DNA of 63,581 nucleotides, the filler included, from Collodictyon triciliatum (Eukaryota): the NCBI GenBank assembly GCA_043381765.1. It is 4 parts of 4 records of this genome, joined end to end, with 100 filler letters (N's around TTAATTAATTAA, not from the genome) between each part and the next. Parts side by side here need not be neighbours in the genome. Positions count along the whole stretch, not along the records: positions 33,874 to 49,635 come from JBHJMP010001511.1; positions 49,736 to 63,581 come from JBHJMP010001517.1; 2 more parts are not named here. The stretch is one strand, 5' to 3'. The translations under genes were made by a program, and so were the position numbers. Below are positions 48,005 to 63,581 of the stretch, piece after piece. The notes under the pieces were generated by a model. It worked only from the letters and a program-made list of their open reading frames with translations, was not told the DNA's origin and searched no databases. Every line of letters starts with the position of its first letter. The first letter of the stretch is position 1.

Positions 48005-49469
48005 TTAACTTGGCTTTCGAGAGACCGTGTGAGCCTTGCGAAATGCTTCGAGATGGTCCATCTGTAATTTTCTGTTTGTCTGTGGACTTGATTAGCGCCC
48101 GGCTGCGGATGCGAGAAAGCAAAGTCGATAAAACAGGCCAATGGGGGGCAGCAGGATGGAGCGCAGACCTTCTCGTCGACAAAAGAAACGCTTTTTCTGG
48201 GCTCCGGGCCGTAGTAGATGGTTCCGCTTCGGACGATTGTGTTGCTCTGCACGGTTGAGCCCATCCCAATGATGCATCCGTTCTCGACTTCGGTGAAGGG
48301 CCGCGTGGAGGCTAATAGGGGCGCGCGTTCAGTGGGGTGCTCGGTTGGATGGATGCTGATTCAGCTCATGGTTATGTTGCGAAAGAAGAGTGTGTTTGGA
48401 TGTTGTGAAGACATATTTATCTACGATTGTTTCTTCCTTCCTTTCTTTTCTTCAGCATGTCTTTCAAATTATTATTATTATTTATTTATTTGAGCTCTTG
48501 AAGTGCGTCATGATTTACGATCATTATTATTATTTAGTTGTAATGCATGTCTCTGGATACATAGTGGGGTGAGAGGTGAAGGACGATGCAACACACAGCA
48601 GGTTTGGAGGGATACAAGTTACATACATGAGATTTCGAAAACATTAGCATTCCCAACTACATGGCTTTCCACGCCTTCACCGGATTATTTTCAGTCAAAG
48701 AATCGAATAATAAGAGGAAACAAGCATTATGCATAATGATAGAGAATGAATACGTATGGTAATCATTGCGATGCTGATAAAAGGGCATAATCATGTGTTT
48801 GCTTGTCTTTTTCTTCTTTGAATACATAATTCATATTCTTTTGACGTGGATACGGCTTCGGACTTCAAATATATTATTTGAGCCGATCTTCATTACCGAA
48901 GGGGTGCCAGGAAAATTGGAGGGTCTATAAAAGAATCATTTATTTGTTTGATTAGTATATAAATGAGAATCAACCAGATCAAGGCACTCATATGCATGCC
49001 CTTTTGTGTCATGCAAAATTAGCATATCCCTTTACTGTTGAGTCTGTGAACAGAAAATATCATTCCTCTGTATATACAAAAAAAACATACTTGAAATGGA
49101 TAACCGAGTATTCCTCAAATATATTGTCGTTTCCGATGACTATAGTGCCTTCTTCGGCAATAATTGAAGCACAAGGATGAATAATGCATCCGGAACCTTA
49201 ATGTTTTTTTTTTGTTTTTTTTTTTAAAAAAATAACAAATTGAAGGAAAAAGAAGAACTTAGATAAGTCATGCTGAACTTATATAAAATGCAATCAAGAA
49301 AGGATCGCTTCATCTGATCAGATAAAGTTTTGGGTGAATGGAACTATGGAGATATCGGTTTATTTCTCCTTATCAATGCATGAGAGCAATACCTATTCTT
49401 ACATTTCCCTTAATACGAGCCGCAATGTGTCTCACAAAGTCTGGATTTTCGTGGGCAATCCATTCGTGA
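48005..49469 (-). CDS. DCTN6: Dynactin subunit 6 (p27), left-handed beta-helix, start codon not resolved
   Basis: RIKGNVRI|GSGCIIHPCASIIAEEGTIVIGNDNIFEEYSVIH; MKIGSNNIFEV; VGNANVFE; VENGCIIGMGSTVQSNTIVRSGTIYYG. Likely last exon ..QMDHLEAFRK..*. Confidence 0.8.
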
Positions 49470-49530
49470 CTTAATTTGAAGAAAATTTTAAATCGCATTT
49501 CTCCAAAATGAAACCATTTTTCTTTATCAT

Positions 49531-49635
49531 ATACATACATACATACATACATACATACATACATACATACATACATACATACATACATACATACATACAT
49601 ACATACATACATACATACATACATACATACATACA
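49531..49635. repeat. (ATAC)n microsatellite at contig end
   Basis: Direct reading. Confidence 0.9.
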
Positions 49636-49735
49636 NNNNNNNNNNNNNNNNNNNNNNNNNNNNNNNNNNNNNNNNNNNNTTAATTAATTAANNNNNNNNN
49701 NNNNNNNNNNNNNNNNNNNNNNNNNNNNNNNNNNN
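49636..49735. other. Artificial assembly spacer N44-TTAATTAATTAA-N44
   Basis: Same 100-nt structure as the other two spacers. Confidence 0.95.
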
Positions 49736-50358
49736 CGAGTGCCCAAAAAAAACCCGTCTGCGGAAACAACCAAGCTTGCGGGAAAAAAAAAACAAAAAGC
49801 AAAACGAAAAAAAAAAAAAAAAAAAAAAGAAAAGGGGGTAAAGCGTGTTAGCAATGATCTGCATTTACGGAGATGGAAAAGAAAGACCCTCTTTTGATTT
49901 ATTTGCCACAGATCACACGGCACAGGCAAAGGGGTTTGCTTTGTTCTGGGGTTTCATTGAGAGGGATGTGTCAAATCGTGCAAGGCAGTTGGGGTCCATA
50001 TGCGACAGCAAAGCAATGGATCAGGTCATGAGCCTGCTCTCGTCAGCAGTGAGTCTCTGTGTCTTTTGCAACACGTCCAATGCTGTGGCAGCGATGCTTT
50101 CGCCGGGTTGGATTCATCTTTTGCTGTGTCCTTTGGCTGTGTGGGTTATGTCTCCCAGCGCGGGGGTGAAGGACGTGGCACTTTGTTGGGAAGTGTGACG
50201 GGAAATGTTTTGGGGAGCAGCATCGGGTTGGCCTCTCGGGAAGGAAACCGGAAAGGTATGCCATTCTCTTGCCCAATTCTGGAATACACGAGAGTATATC
50301 GTACTTTTCATATACTCAATCTGTGGGTACAAATGGTGACATTATCCTATTTTGGATA

Positions 50359-50623
50359 AGAATCTTCTGGAAGACTTTATCCGAAAAAAGACCGAATCTA
50401 CTAGAAGGTTCTGGATGCTACCAGAAATTGGATTTCCAAATACCATATATAATATATCGTGAAATAATGGACTAATTCGCAAAGATTCCATGAAGATTGG
50501 CTTTGTTTGTTCAGGCGGTTTCGGCAAGGACACCATTCTCCGGACAACCATGCCGAAACAGGCGAATGAATTAGCCACATTATCATAATTTCCAGAAATG
50601 CGTATTGTGGAATCTTCCGGAAA
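50359..50623. promoter_or_regulatory. Cluster of heat-shock elements upstream of DnaJ
   Basis: Perfect three-unit nGAAn arrays aGAAt-cTTCt-gGAAg (50359-50373) and gGAAt-cTTCc-gGAAa (50609-50623), plus two-unit sites at 50403 and 50590. Confidence 0.65.
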
Positions 50624-51090
50624 GTTTCGAGCCAGCGCAAGTAAACCACGAGACCTATTTTCGCATAATATTTAATATACAGCACCGCCAGCCGTGGTGT
50701 TGAAGGAAGGAATATCTTAGTTTAGTATTGAAAGTAATTGTGGCCCGTCGCAGCGCCCTGACCAAACAAGCAGCATACAAGGCACAAGAGTTGCGGGGCT
50801 GCTCACGCACGACTTCTGAATGTGCGAGATTTGATCCCTCGGTCGTAAAGAGAATACCGAAGCATCCCTAGGGGCAACCAAAGCCCCTGGCGTGCACACA
50901 ACCCCCTTATAAAAGATATGCTAGAAGGACAGCCAGACCACCAGAGATCGAGGGGCACTCCTTTCTCCCCCTTTGACAACGCCACCAGCTTCTCACACAA
51001 ACTTCTTGCTGCGCGCGCAGGGGCCAATCTAGTAAGAGGCGCACAAAGGAAGGGCCTAGATAAGCACCGCCGATATAAAGTCACCCCATC

Positions 51091-53078
51091 ATGGTCAAGG
51101 ACACCAAGCTTTATGACTTGCTCGGGGTTGCCCCGTCCTCAAGCGAGGAAGAGATCAAGAAGGTCTACCGCAAACTCGCTCTTAAAATGCATCCTGACCG
51201 CAACCCAGACCCAGCAGTGGCCGAGAAGGTTTTGACTCTAAACACTCTTTCAGGGCTCCGAAACATCATTTTTAATCACATCCTCTCACGCCGCTAAGCC
51301 TTGAACAGAGGAAAACCTCCCGCAAACGGCTCACGAATCTTCGCTCTCTTTCTTTCTCCAGTTTAAGGAGATTACCGCTGCATACGAGATTCTGATGGAC
51401 CAACAGAAACGAGAGGCCTACGATCAGTATGGTATGGAAGGCCTTTCTGAGGGCGGAGGTGGTGGTCATTCTGCTGCCGACATCTTCTCCCACTTCTTTG
51501 GCGGTGAGTTGGCCATGCATAAGACAAATAAGGTGCCTCTGCGGAGGGTACCACCCGTCTGACCTCAAAATAAGCTATAAAGTTACTTTTGTTTCTTTCT
51601 GCAGGGAACTGCACAAGAAGCCCTCATTGAGCTAATTCTTTTTCGCACCTTAGGAGGAGGTGGCGGTGGAGGCCGCAACCGTGGACCTGCGAAAGGAGAA
51701 GACGTTGTCCACCCATTGACAGTATCCTTGGAGGACCTATACAAAGGCAAGACTGTCAAGCTGGCCATGAACCGTAATGTCATCTGCGGCACCTGCAAGG
51801 GCATTGGAGGCAAGGAGGGCTCCGTTACAAAGTGTAACTCTTGTGATGGCCGAGGAATCAAGATCGCCATTCGTCAGTTTGGTCCCATGATTCAGCAAGT
51901 GCAGATGCACTGCCCTGACTGCAAAGGCAAAGGCGAGACCATCAAGGAAAAGGACCGCTGCAAGAAGTGTGAGGGACAGAAAGTTGTTGGTAAGCATTTC
52001 CACAAAAAAGAATGTCGAATTTATTTGCGGGCTGTTTCGCAGCAAACTTGACTCAAAGCCTGTCCCATATTATTTAAAACCAGAGGAGAAAAAGACACTG
52101 GAGGTCCACATTGACCCAGGAGCAAGCCACGGGCAGAAAATCACGTTCGCTGGTGAAGCTGACCAGGCAGTAAGTGTCAATGACCTTTCCAACACTGCAT
52201 CAGATAATCACGAGCAAACAACGGAATATGCCTGACCGGGGTTCTCTTTGGTGTAGCCTGGTGTACTCGCTGGTGACGTCGTAATTGTCGTGCAGCAGAA
52301 GGACCACGCCAAGTTCAAGCGCGTAAACAAAGACCTGTTCATCGAGTACACCCTCACACTGCGAGGTACGTATTCAGAAGATTCCCATCGTAAACACTTT
52401 GTTGTTCCCTTTTTCTGGAGCCTATACAAAAGTCAACACATCTGCTGTCTAAATGACACCCTGAACCTTACAGAGGCTCTCTGCGGGTTCGACTTTGTGA
52501 TTGAACACCTGGACGGTCGCCACCTTCACGTCCGCTCCGGTGCTGGCGAGGTCATCAAGCCTGGAGACTTCCGTGGAATCGAAGGCGAAGGAATGCCCAC
52601 ATACAAGCGCCCCTTTGATAAGGGTGTTCTCTTTGTCAAGTTTGATGTCACCTTCCCACAGGCTATGGATGCGGCAACACTCGATGTAAGTTTCAACATA
52701 GCCAGGCATGCACTATCAAGACATTTCTTCATTTATCCAAACTATATATTCACCTACCTTGTCTTCACCCATCTAATTATGTTTTATGCATCTTGCACAA
52801 ACGTAGAAACTCAGAAAGATTCTTCCCAAGCCTGAGAAATCCATCTCTGTGCCAGCCGACTCTGAAGAGGTCAGCCTGCACAAGATCGATCCGTCGAAGA
52901 GGTAAGTGCCTTCTCCGAAGATACGGTGTCATGAGATGGTATGAAGACAGTTTCGTTGAACTCAGAGAAATCGGTTTCCTACAGGTCGTCCAACCAGCAG
53001 AAAGGAAATGCATACGAGGAGGATGACGACGATGAAGGACACCAGGGAGGCCAGCGCGTCCAGTGCGCATCCCAGTAA
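51091..53078 (+). CDS. DNAJA: Type I DnaJ/Hsp40 (Ydj1/DNAJA), multi-exon
   Basis: [17 protein letters not shown]-domain, G/F region, four CxxCxGxG-type motifs, EALCGF, GEGMP, and C-terminal CaaX VQCASQ*. Confidence 0.95.
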
Positions 53079-53845
53079 AACCTGGCGTCGTAAAATCATC
53101 ACATTGTCCCAGCAGTCCGGCCTTGTTTCCCTCATACCAGCAACCTGCACACAAGTGTATCCGCACAAATTCTCTATCCATGGCCAGAGCCGGGCTACTG
53201 CATCTGTTTCCTTACCCTTCCCATCTCCTTCCGGTGCAACCACACACCCATTATATTTCTTTTCTTCTTCTTTCACGCCGTTTTCGAATATCGGACTGCA
53301 CCATCATTTATGTACCATCCTTTGATGAATCTCTTTTGTCTGTGTGCCGTGTTGATTACTATCCTGAACAAGCATCACCCTATCGACCATCACTTCGTCC
53401 CTCTATCTTGATAACCAAAACTCTTTCCGAATAAAACAATGCATTATCAAAACGCATCCCACTGCGCTTGCATGAGCCACTATGCTGGAACATCATTCCA
53501 CTCCCCTTGGCCTAGAGTGTGTGTTGGCGGGTAGGGCTTCCTATGCAAACCCGATGCAAGCCGCATCAGTGATCTGTGTCGAGAAGGTGCTAATTGGAAG
53601 GGAATCCGAGGTGGCATCACTCACCCCAGGTCGCCCACTAGGATTATTTGCACAGCGCTTCAGCAACTTCATAGTTGAATTATTTGTGACAATACAAATT
53701 CTTGGGATTATTGTGCTGTCACGCTGTCCATATAAACATACTACAATACCGCGCTACACATGCGCAGCAATGACTGAGGCCATCTTCTTGCAACCGATTT
53801 ATTCGGCGCAGCCAGCAGAATTGCGGTGAACAGCGCGCGTGCAGT

Positions 53846-55484
53846 CTATGATTGCTTGCAGTCCATGTCCCCATCTGCACCTTTGGCCGTCTTCACTTTT
53901 GCTCGCTCCCGTCGGCCTTCCTCCTCCAGGCTAAGGATAGCCGCAGGCTTCTTGTACTGTTATGAAAGTATGATGAGAATCATATGATAAAATGAATAAT
54001 ACCCTTTTGTATCTTTTATGCTATTCTGTTCTTTTCTTTTCTTTTTAAAAACAAAACAAAAACAATTTGTTCTTGCCTTTTGGTCATTGGATTAGATTCT
54101 GAAAGAGAAAATTGGACAAAATTAAACAAATCACAGTGTTTTATTGGAGAAAGCGGGGCGAAAAACACCGAACAGGCTATAAATGTATACATTTATTTCT
54201 AAAGATAATGATAGACTAGCACATACCGTGATAACGAGAGTGTTGTTGAGGTGCGTCCATGATACAGCCGAAGGGTCCAGCTTCAACTGGGCGCGCTTCA
54301 TGTCCGGAATCGAAAAGCGCTTGTAATATCTGTGAATGTGGGGAAATTAGATATTGCATTATTTTATATATAAAGAGACGATTTTGCTTCCCCACTATCA
54401 ATAAAGAGCTAGTTTAACACCATAAGTGACTAAAGTTCACTTTTTTATCGAGGTGCGAACTACAATCTCGTCAGTGGCTGAGTCTGCAGAGACATCAAAG
54501 ACATCCTTTGGATAAGGTAGATTGCGAATGCGCCAAGCAAACGTATCGCGTTGGTCTTGACGAATTATGGTCGGCTAAGCCATCGGGAGCAAGGAAGTTA
54601 GCTTAATGGGATTTTTTTTTTCAATAAAGTGGTAAACAATGCCATTTGCTATCTTTTCCATTTCTTCATATTTTGTTTTCATGGGCAAATCGTTCCTGAA
54701 GCTGTCTCATTGTACAATTACCATAGAATTGCTTTCGATGATAGCCGAATTCATGGCTGCAGTGGAGCGCGGTGCCTCTCCGATCTCATAATGCCATTGT
54801 CCCTCGCCACCGAGTGTTGTTGGCCTTCTAAACTTTCGTACTAAAGGCAAACAAGATATCAATCTTTGGTTGCAGTAATATATTTTTAACATAAACAATA
54901 TAAAGTGCAATATGTTCATATATAGTCCATGTCAAATGGTTCATCTATACCACATAGTTCGTCTGTTCTTTGATCATACTCCTCAACCTTGAGCATTTAA
55001 TATCATTGAATATAGGAGAAATAAATATAATAATTGTAAATAAACTTCATTAGTGGAAAAGAAGAAGCTGTAATTGATTTTCAGTCTGTTTTTAGTGGCA
55101 TTGTATCATAATTATCATAAAATAAATGGGTCGACGATAATATATTTTTATGTGATTGGTATCGAAAGTGAATACAAAGTAAAACCATTTCGACGTTGTT
55201 TTCAAAGGTTGTGTGGTACTTTTTTCTTCCATCTTTTACAATACCCGTGATGGTTCCCTTTCCTTTTAACAACAAAAAGTCTTGACTCTAAAAGGGGAAA
55301 AAAAAAATAGAAATAATTAATACAAGACATCAGGGTTAGGGGAACAAACCATCTAAAGCTACAAGGCCGGTTTTTTTTTTTTAACAAGAAAAATATGTCT
55401 TGTGCAAGGACACTATGTACTATACAGGATATAAGCTTCGCAGAGTATTACTAGACTGAAGGATTTGGAACGACAACAAACCAT
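53846..55484 (-). CDS. DPCD: DPCD (deleted in primary ciliary dyskinesia) homolog, multi-exon
   Basis: Inferred ATG-only first exon, then SQDFLLLKGKGTITGIVKDGRKKYHTTFENNVEM|VEEYD..; RKFRRPTTLGGEGQWHYEIGE; WRIRNLPYPKDVFDV; YYKRFSIPDM; ends DCKQS*. Confidence 0.85.
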
Positions 55485-55841
55485 TTCGAGCGCTGCAAGC
55501 TTTCTTTGTGCCTTTGGGACGCTAGAAGTATTGTGAAGCGACGATAAATGAGTTTGATCTGATGATCAGCGGTAGCAGTAATTAAATGAGTCCTCTTATT
55601 GTAATATATATATATATGATATGCGTATTATTGATAAATTTTATACTTGATATATTATAAAACGAAATTTTAAGCTAATTAGATACAAATAAAATATATT
55701 CCATAATTGTACATTTCAATTTTTGATCCTTTTCCTTCGTGGGTTGTGTTCTGGGCTATGCGATGGCTGGGCAGGCGCGTTATTTGGCTGTGTGGAAAAG
55801 TATTTCATATGAGCAGCATTCTTCATTTTATTACCAGTCGC

Positions 55842-57082
55842 TCAGTTTCTTAGTCTCTCAAGTCTGGCGTAGAGTTCACCGTCTTCTTCCTCTTCTTGCA
55901 AAGGAGCTGGTTCTGCGATTTTGCTTCGTCCCGCACGATTGGCACCGAGCATGGCATCGACAGAGAGATGATGCTCGTTTGCCACTTCTTCAATGAGATT
56001 GCTTACCTGGTCTTCAGGGATGATACTCTCCATAGTCTTTCCAATCCCATTTTCAATCACGGCTGATTGCTGGTCAAGTCTCTCAAATTGACGCTCGAAC
56101 TGATCCATCGCACGCGTAATCTAAAATATATGCATGGTTCACTATTGGTTCGAAACGATTGCCTGGCATGCAGTTCTTGATTACCATGCCAAATTGTCAC
56201 AAATTATTTATTTATTTTTTGATAAAATACACCGGAGATAAAAATCGCGTGAATTTTCAAGATATTATACAGTTCATCAAAAAGAACAAGAACAAGAACA
56301 AGAACAAGAACAAGAACAAGAACAAGAACAAGAACAAGAACAAGAACAAGAACAAGAACAAGAACAAGAACAAACAAAAAGCAAAAAATAACAAACAAAA
56401 AATAACAAACAAAAAATAACAAACAAAAAATAACAAACAAAAAATAACAAACAAAAAATAACAAACAAAAAATAACAAACAAAAAACAAAAAACAAAAAA
56501 AGAGTGTTGCAGCAACATACCTGGTCAATATCCATGGTGCTGAGAGCCTTTTCCATCTGTTTTGAGATTGAAGCCATACTACTAGATACCTAGGTGGAAA
56601 TGAATACAAAAGAGATTCATATGCAGTTCTCCAATTCGTAATAATCCAATGACTCTAATGATCAATTTGATAATGATCTGTTAAGCTGGGATAAAAAAAA
56701 ACTTCGAACCTGCTTCATCTTCATGGCCATTTCTATCCTAGAGGCGACAGCATCCACACGAGAAGAGAGTCTGAGCAGATTCAATGCCTGATTCTTTTGC
56801 CTGATCGCATTCTGTGCGTAGATCCGAGCACCCTCGACGTTTCCCTTTTCAATCGCCTGCACAAAAGACAAAAGAAGATCGCTTTTATTTCACATTTTTA
56901 TCTTTTTTACAAAAGACACACACTCAGTGTAAAATGAAAAAGAAAAAGAAAAAGAAAAAGAGTGGAACAACCAATACCTTCTTTACTTTAAGGCGCTCAT
57001 CCTTTTCCAACTTCTCACACTTTGCAGAGCTCTTGGCCAACTGCTTGGAGGTGAACTTGAGATTGAACAACTGATTCTCCAT
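55842..57082 (-). CDS. CHMP1: ESCRT-III subunit CHMP1/Did2/Vps46, start may lie slightly upstream
   Basis: [65 protein letters not shown]-terminal MIM1-like [11 protein letters not shown]. Confidence 0.92.
56281..56500. repeat. (AACAAG)n then (AAAAATAACAAAC)n intronic repeats
   Basis: Direct reading. Confidence 0.9.
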
Positions 57083-58046
57083 CTTGTCCGTTGTTTCCTG
57101 CTTCTTCTGTGCCACGAGCAAAAAGAGTTCTTATTATTATTATTATTATTATTTAGTAGCAGCAACAAAGCTTGCGAGTGGATACACTAGCGAGTTGGCA
57201 ACTTTGCTGCGGCGTCAAGAAAATAAAATGAAAATAAATAATTATAAGGAAATGTAGAACGGTTCTGTTGTGAAAACAACCACAGTATATATAAATATGT
57301 TTGTCCGCATAGAAACACTTTTCGAACGCCCTCTCTGGATTCCTCATAACACCAAAGGCCGTAGGGTATTATCATGACAAGCGCCAAGACCTTATCTTCC
57401 TTTCCTCTCTCAAGAACCCTGGCGCGAGTGTGCAATGTATATGATAGCCCTTCTAATGGTGGCAGAGCAACAACTCCAGAATAAGAGGGAGAGCAAGGTA
57501 TCCTTTCTACTTCCTACGCTTCTTTCCAGCAACTTTCAATACGGCACTCATTACGAATCGACTATGCGAGGTTGAGGCCTTCCACGCAAGTACAACACAA
57601 TGGTTGCAGAGTCAGATATACATGGCCACCAACAAAAACAAAGTACTGTGATGTGTGTGAGATGTTATCTGAGAAACAGGTTCGCGTTGCTAATCTGCGA
57701 TGAGGCTTTGCGGGGTTTTAAAGGAGCGGCATGTGTAAGGAGAAAGAAGTTGTCAAACAGCCCCATGAAGATCTTAATAAAAATGAGAAATAATTATTTT
57801 TTTTATAAAAGAAATAATATAGAAACGAATGGGAAATAAAAAGAATAGTTAAAAAGAATAAGTGGAGATCAACAGCAATGAACGGTCTCGAGAATTCAAC
57901 ACACAAGAAAAGACAGCCAGGATGAAAAGATCAAAAACATCTTATTTTCTTTGAGCCCACAACCTGCCACGACCCTGTTCTAAAAGAGCTATAGATATTC
58001 TGACTGCGCTTTTTTTTATTTTAATTAACTTTTTGTTTGTTTCCCC

Positions 58047-58118
<72 letters not shown>

Positions 58119-58188
58119 GAACGTCATTATTACCTCCCCACCAATTTGCGGACGACCTGTCAAAGTTTGGAAGGAGACAGCCTACACA

Positions 58189-60554
<2,366 letters not shown>

Positions 60555-60945
60555 CAGATGACCAAAATAAAGGAGAAATGGCCTGCTTAGCAAATGCGCA
60601 GAATAAAAAAGCATGGTCGTTGAGAAACGCATAAAAATATTCTTCCATGCATCAATATCAACCAGACATAAACAGGTGTTTCTCACTACTGTGCTACATA
60701 CATTATGCTTTTTTTTTTTTTAGTGAAATGCTATCTTTGTGGTAGAGAAGTTATGGAATGAGAAGCTATCGACCAACTAAGCTTGTGCAATTATTTTATT
60801 TTCTCTCTCTCTCTTTCTCTCTTGGTAAGACATAAGATAAATTCGCATAATATTTTTTTTTGATTTATAATGGTCAAATCAGCAGGAAGGGTTATAATAA
60901 AATTAATAAATGGTGAAACTTTTCCAACACATGTGAGCGGACACT

Positions 60946-63300
60946 TTAGATATCCTCACAAGACATTATAAATTTCTTGAGTGCATCTTCCTCATCACGC
61001 TCAAAACCAGTTCGAATTCCTTGGAATGACTCATCTATGCTAGTGTCGTGACTCATTATATTTCGTAGAAGCATGCGAATGTGTCTAAATGCAATGTCGC
61101 GGATAATCTGAGAGCGCTTCTTTTCCACCATGTTTTCCAGTTCTAACTGTTTAATCCTAAGCATTAAGTCGTGGCGGCTGTGCGGTCGCTCCAAAATCTA
61201 TAATCGTTTGAAAGTATTTTTTTTCTTTGTCAATTATCACAAATAAAATGATTCATGCAAAGGAAAATTATCACCGTTTTAATTAATTTCGATTTTGATT
61301 TTCTACATTACCGCAGAATGCGACCGCCGAACAGAATCTGACTTGCTTGACGGTAGCGCAGTGAATTTTGAAGAATCCCTCTGAAAAGTTGATTGATTGG
61401 ATGCTAACAGTTTTCTATCGGCGAGACGAGAGCTGATTTCCTCATAATCTGATCGCAAAAGGTCCGGAGAGGGAAGGGGAACGTTGTAGTACTGCAACTT
61501 TTTTACCTTTGGTATAGTTACTGTTTGAGATTTTTTTTCTCCAAAGAGTGAAAGAGTACACTTTGAGTATGCATTTTACACAATGGAAGTTAATTTATCG
61601 GTATTGTTCGTTAAAAAAAAACCGAAACTATCATATTACATCAGACCCAGGTACGTTAAAGAGGGCTTGATGATTTTTCTGTGAGTCGAAGTCCGAATAG
61701 ATAGGAAAACTCCAAGTGTTTGAAGGTTGTTGTATATACTGATTGGGAGGTAAAATTTGAGGGGCCGGTGTCTCAATAGCTGATATGTAACCAATATTTG
61801 ATGGGGACGGAAGGGTTGTGGGTGACCTAGGCTGGTTAAGCGTCATTTCGGGGTAAAGGTAATCATATTGTCAGTCAAGATAAGATAGTAGTGACAAGCA
61901 TTCATTCAAAAGCGAAAGAAAAGTGCTTTATTGTAATAAAGAAGGCAATAAACATAATATGACCTATCTCGGCGAGAGAAGGGAATAAGTGAATGAAAAT
62001 TGTATGATAAATATTACAAAATCATCAATTTCATTACATTAGATGAAGTTATTTCAATCGTACCAGTGTTTCTAGGGGAGATTTCCTAGTTTCAAAAACT
62101 GGCGAGCGTTTTGGACTGGCGCGAAATGAGGAGGATTCGCTTCGGTGGGTGATCTCCGTGAGTGATGGGGAGGGAGGCTTCGCATCGAGAAAGTTGCGTT
62201 TACAAAGTCAGATTATGAACACCTTATAATCGGGAAAAAAAATCAAACAAATCAAATGATAAATGAACAAAAAGAAAAAAGAAAAAAGAAAAAACGGTAT
62301 TGGATGAAGGTTCATTTTAGCGATACCCTTCTTAGGCCGCTTAATCGTGTTGATCTTTGAGCAATATCATGGATGGAAAACGGAATAAAAAATAAAATGG
62401 CACATCAGTACATACTTATGAGAACTAAAATAGCAACGAATGTTCGCATAAAATTGTATCAAGTCGAGAGTGTGCTTTTTTGAATAAGAAAGTACCCTGT
62501 AGACTTTTGGTGAGTAACAGGTGTTGATAAAATAGGCCCACTCTTTCGTGTATGAAGAGTAAGTGGACTCTTCGTTCTGTCGAATGAGCCGTACATTCGT
62601 AAGCTGTCATCTTCGGCGATGGAAAGAAAATTAAGCATTCATTATATCTGATATGATCTTATCTGGATTCATGATGCCAATCTATCATTATGAGTTTATG
62701 CGTAGAGCTTGAATGGATGTGATACTTGGAGAAGCATGGTATATTGAGTGTCAAAAATGAAAAAAAATAGAAAATAAAACATAAAAAAAAGAAAAAAAAA
62801 GGGAATCGTATCTGTCGAGGTATCACACAAAACACATCTTTGAGAAAGCGATCGACACTGATCAAAAGAAGGATTGAAAAAGCACAATTCTTGGCCTCCT
62901 CAAGTAAACAACAGCAGCAAACGAATAACTGCAATCCAGTTTTTCATACCTTGTGGCGGAGAAGAAACCCGGTGCGGGCTGGGAAAATCGGAGGTCATGT
63001 ATGACTGATCAGCAGGTGGGGACTGCATCCGATACTGAAGCCGCCTCGACTCAAAGTCCGGCAAAGAAGAAACTTCACTCTTCGATCCTCTGAGCATGTC
63101 TCCTGCTTCAACTCTCCCTGGAACGATCTTTCCTCTTTGCCCTTTTGCCGTTTTCTCTTCCTCCAGTTGGATCCTTTCAGGGCCGATCGGTCGGTCAAAG
63201 CGCTTTCGGCCGGGTCACAAGGCAGATGCAAAAAGCCCGCCTTAATGATCAGATGCACGCCAAGAATTTGTGGATAATGCCACGTCATGATTATGCCAGG
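60946..63300 (-). CDS. Multi-exon hypothetical Ser/Pro-rich protein with coiled-coil C-terminus, 5' end unresolved
   Basis: Successive minus-strand open blocks with GT-AG flanks (62935-63150, 61631-61850, 61310-61500) and a last exon ..LMLRIKQLELENMVEKKR..SCEDI*. Confidence 0.45.
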
Positions 63301-63581
63301 CCTTGTGTGGTGGGGTTAATGGTTGTGTCATTCCACGTCAACATTTCGGTTGGTTGGGTAAGTCACATGTCATTTTCTCTTGTTGCGGCCTTTGGCTGGT
63401 TTTATCTGCCATGATCCGTTGTGTCGGGGGCTTTGGTTGCCGATTCCTGTGAAGAGGTGGGCGACGATCCTGGACAAGAAAAGATAACAAGAATGTCTTC
63501 AGCATTGCAGCGAATGATGATAACAAAAAAACAAAAAAAACAAAAAAAAAAAAAAAAAAAAAAAAAACAAAAAAAAAAAAA

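Noticed and set aside
49845-50580. Short overlapping ORFs upstream of DNAJA
   Set aside because: Could be exons of a truncated divergent gene, but no frame or family could be established.

Overview
AT-rich, very intron-rich eukaryotic (protist) genomic DNA using the standard code. It is four pieces (1-16833, 16934-33773, 33874-49635, 49736-63581) joined by artificial 100-nt N44-TTAATTAATTAA-N44 spacers, so adjacency across the joins is unproven. Manual splicing supports these host genes: an RSPH10-like protein, an alpha/beta hydrolase, epsinR/CLINT1, an LRGUK-like LRR protein, TcdA/Tcd1-like ThiF enzyme, an intronless 628-aa multi-pass membrane protein, an ankyrin-Rh ammonium transporter fusion, RFC5 (partial), LYAR (partial), Aquarius (~40 introns), DCTN6, DNAJA with upstream heat-shock elements, DPCD, CHMP1 and a choline/ethanolamine kinase. 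The standout is an intronless, decayed Fanzor1 (eukaryotic TnpB/Cas12-related RNA-guided nuclease) at 13138-15019 (-). Its RuvC D/E/D residues and zinc finger can still be read across stops and frameshifts, and no transposase is visible next to it. The second most notable feature is the ankyrin-Rh fusion with an altered Phe gate. All family calls come from motif recognition by eye, not database searches, and exon boundaries are approximate.
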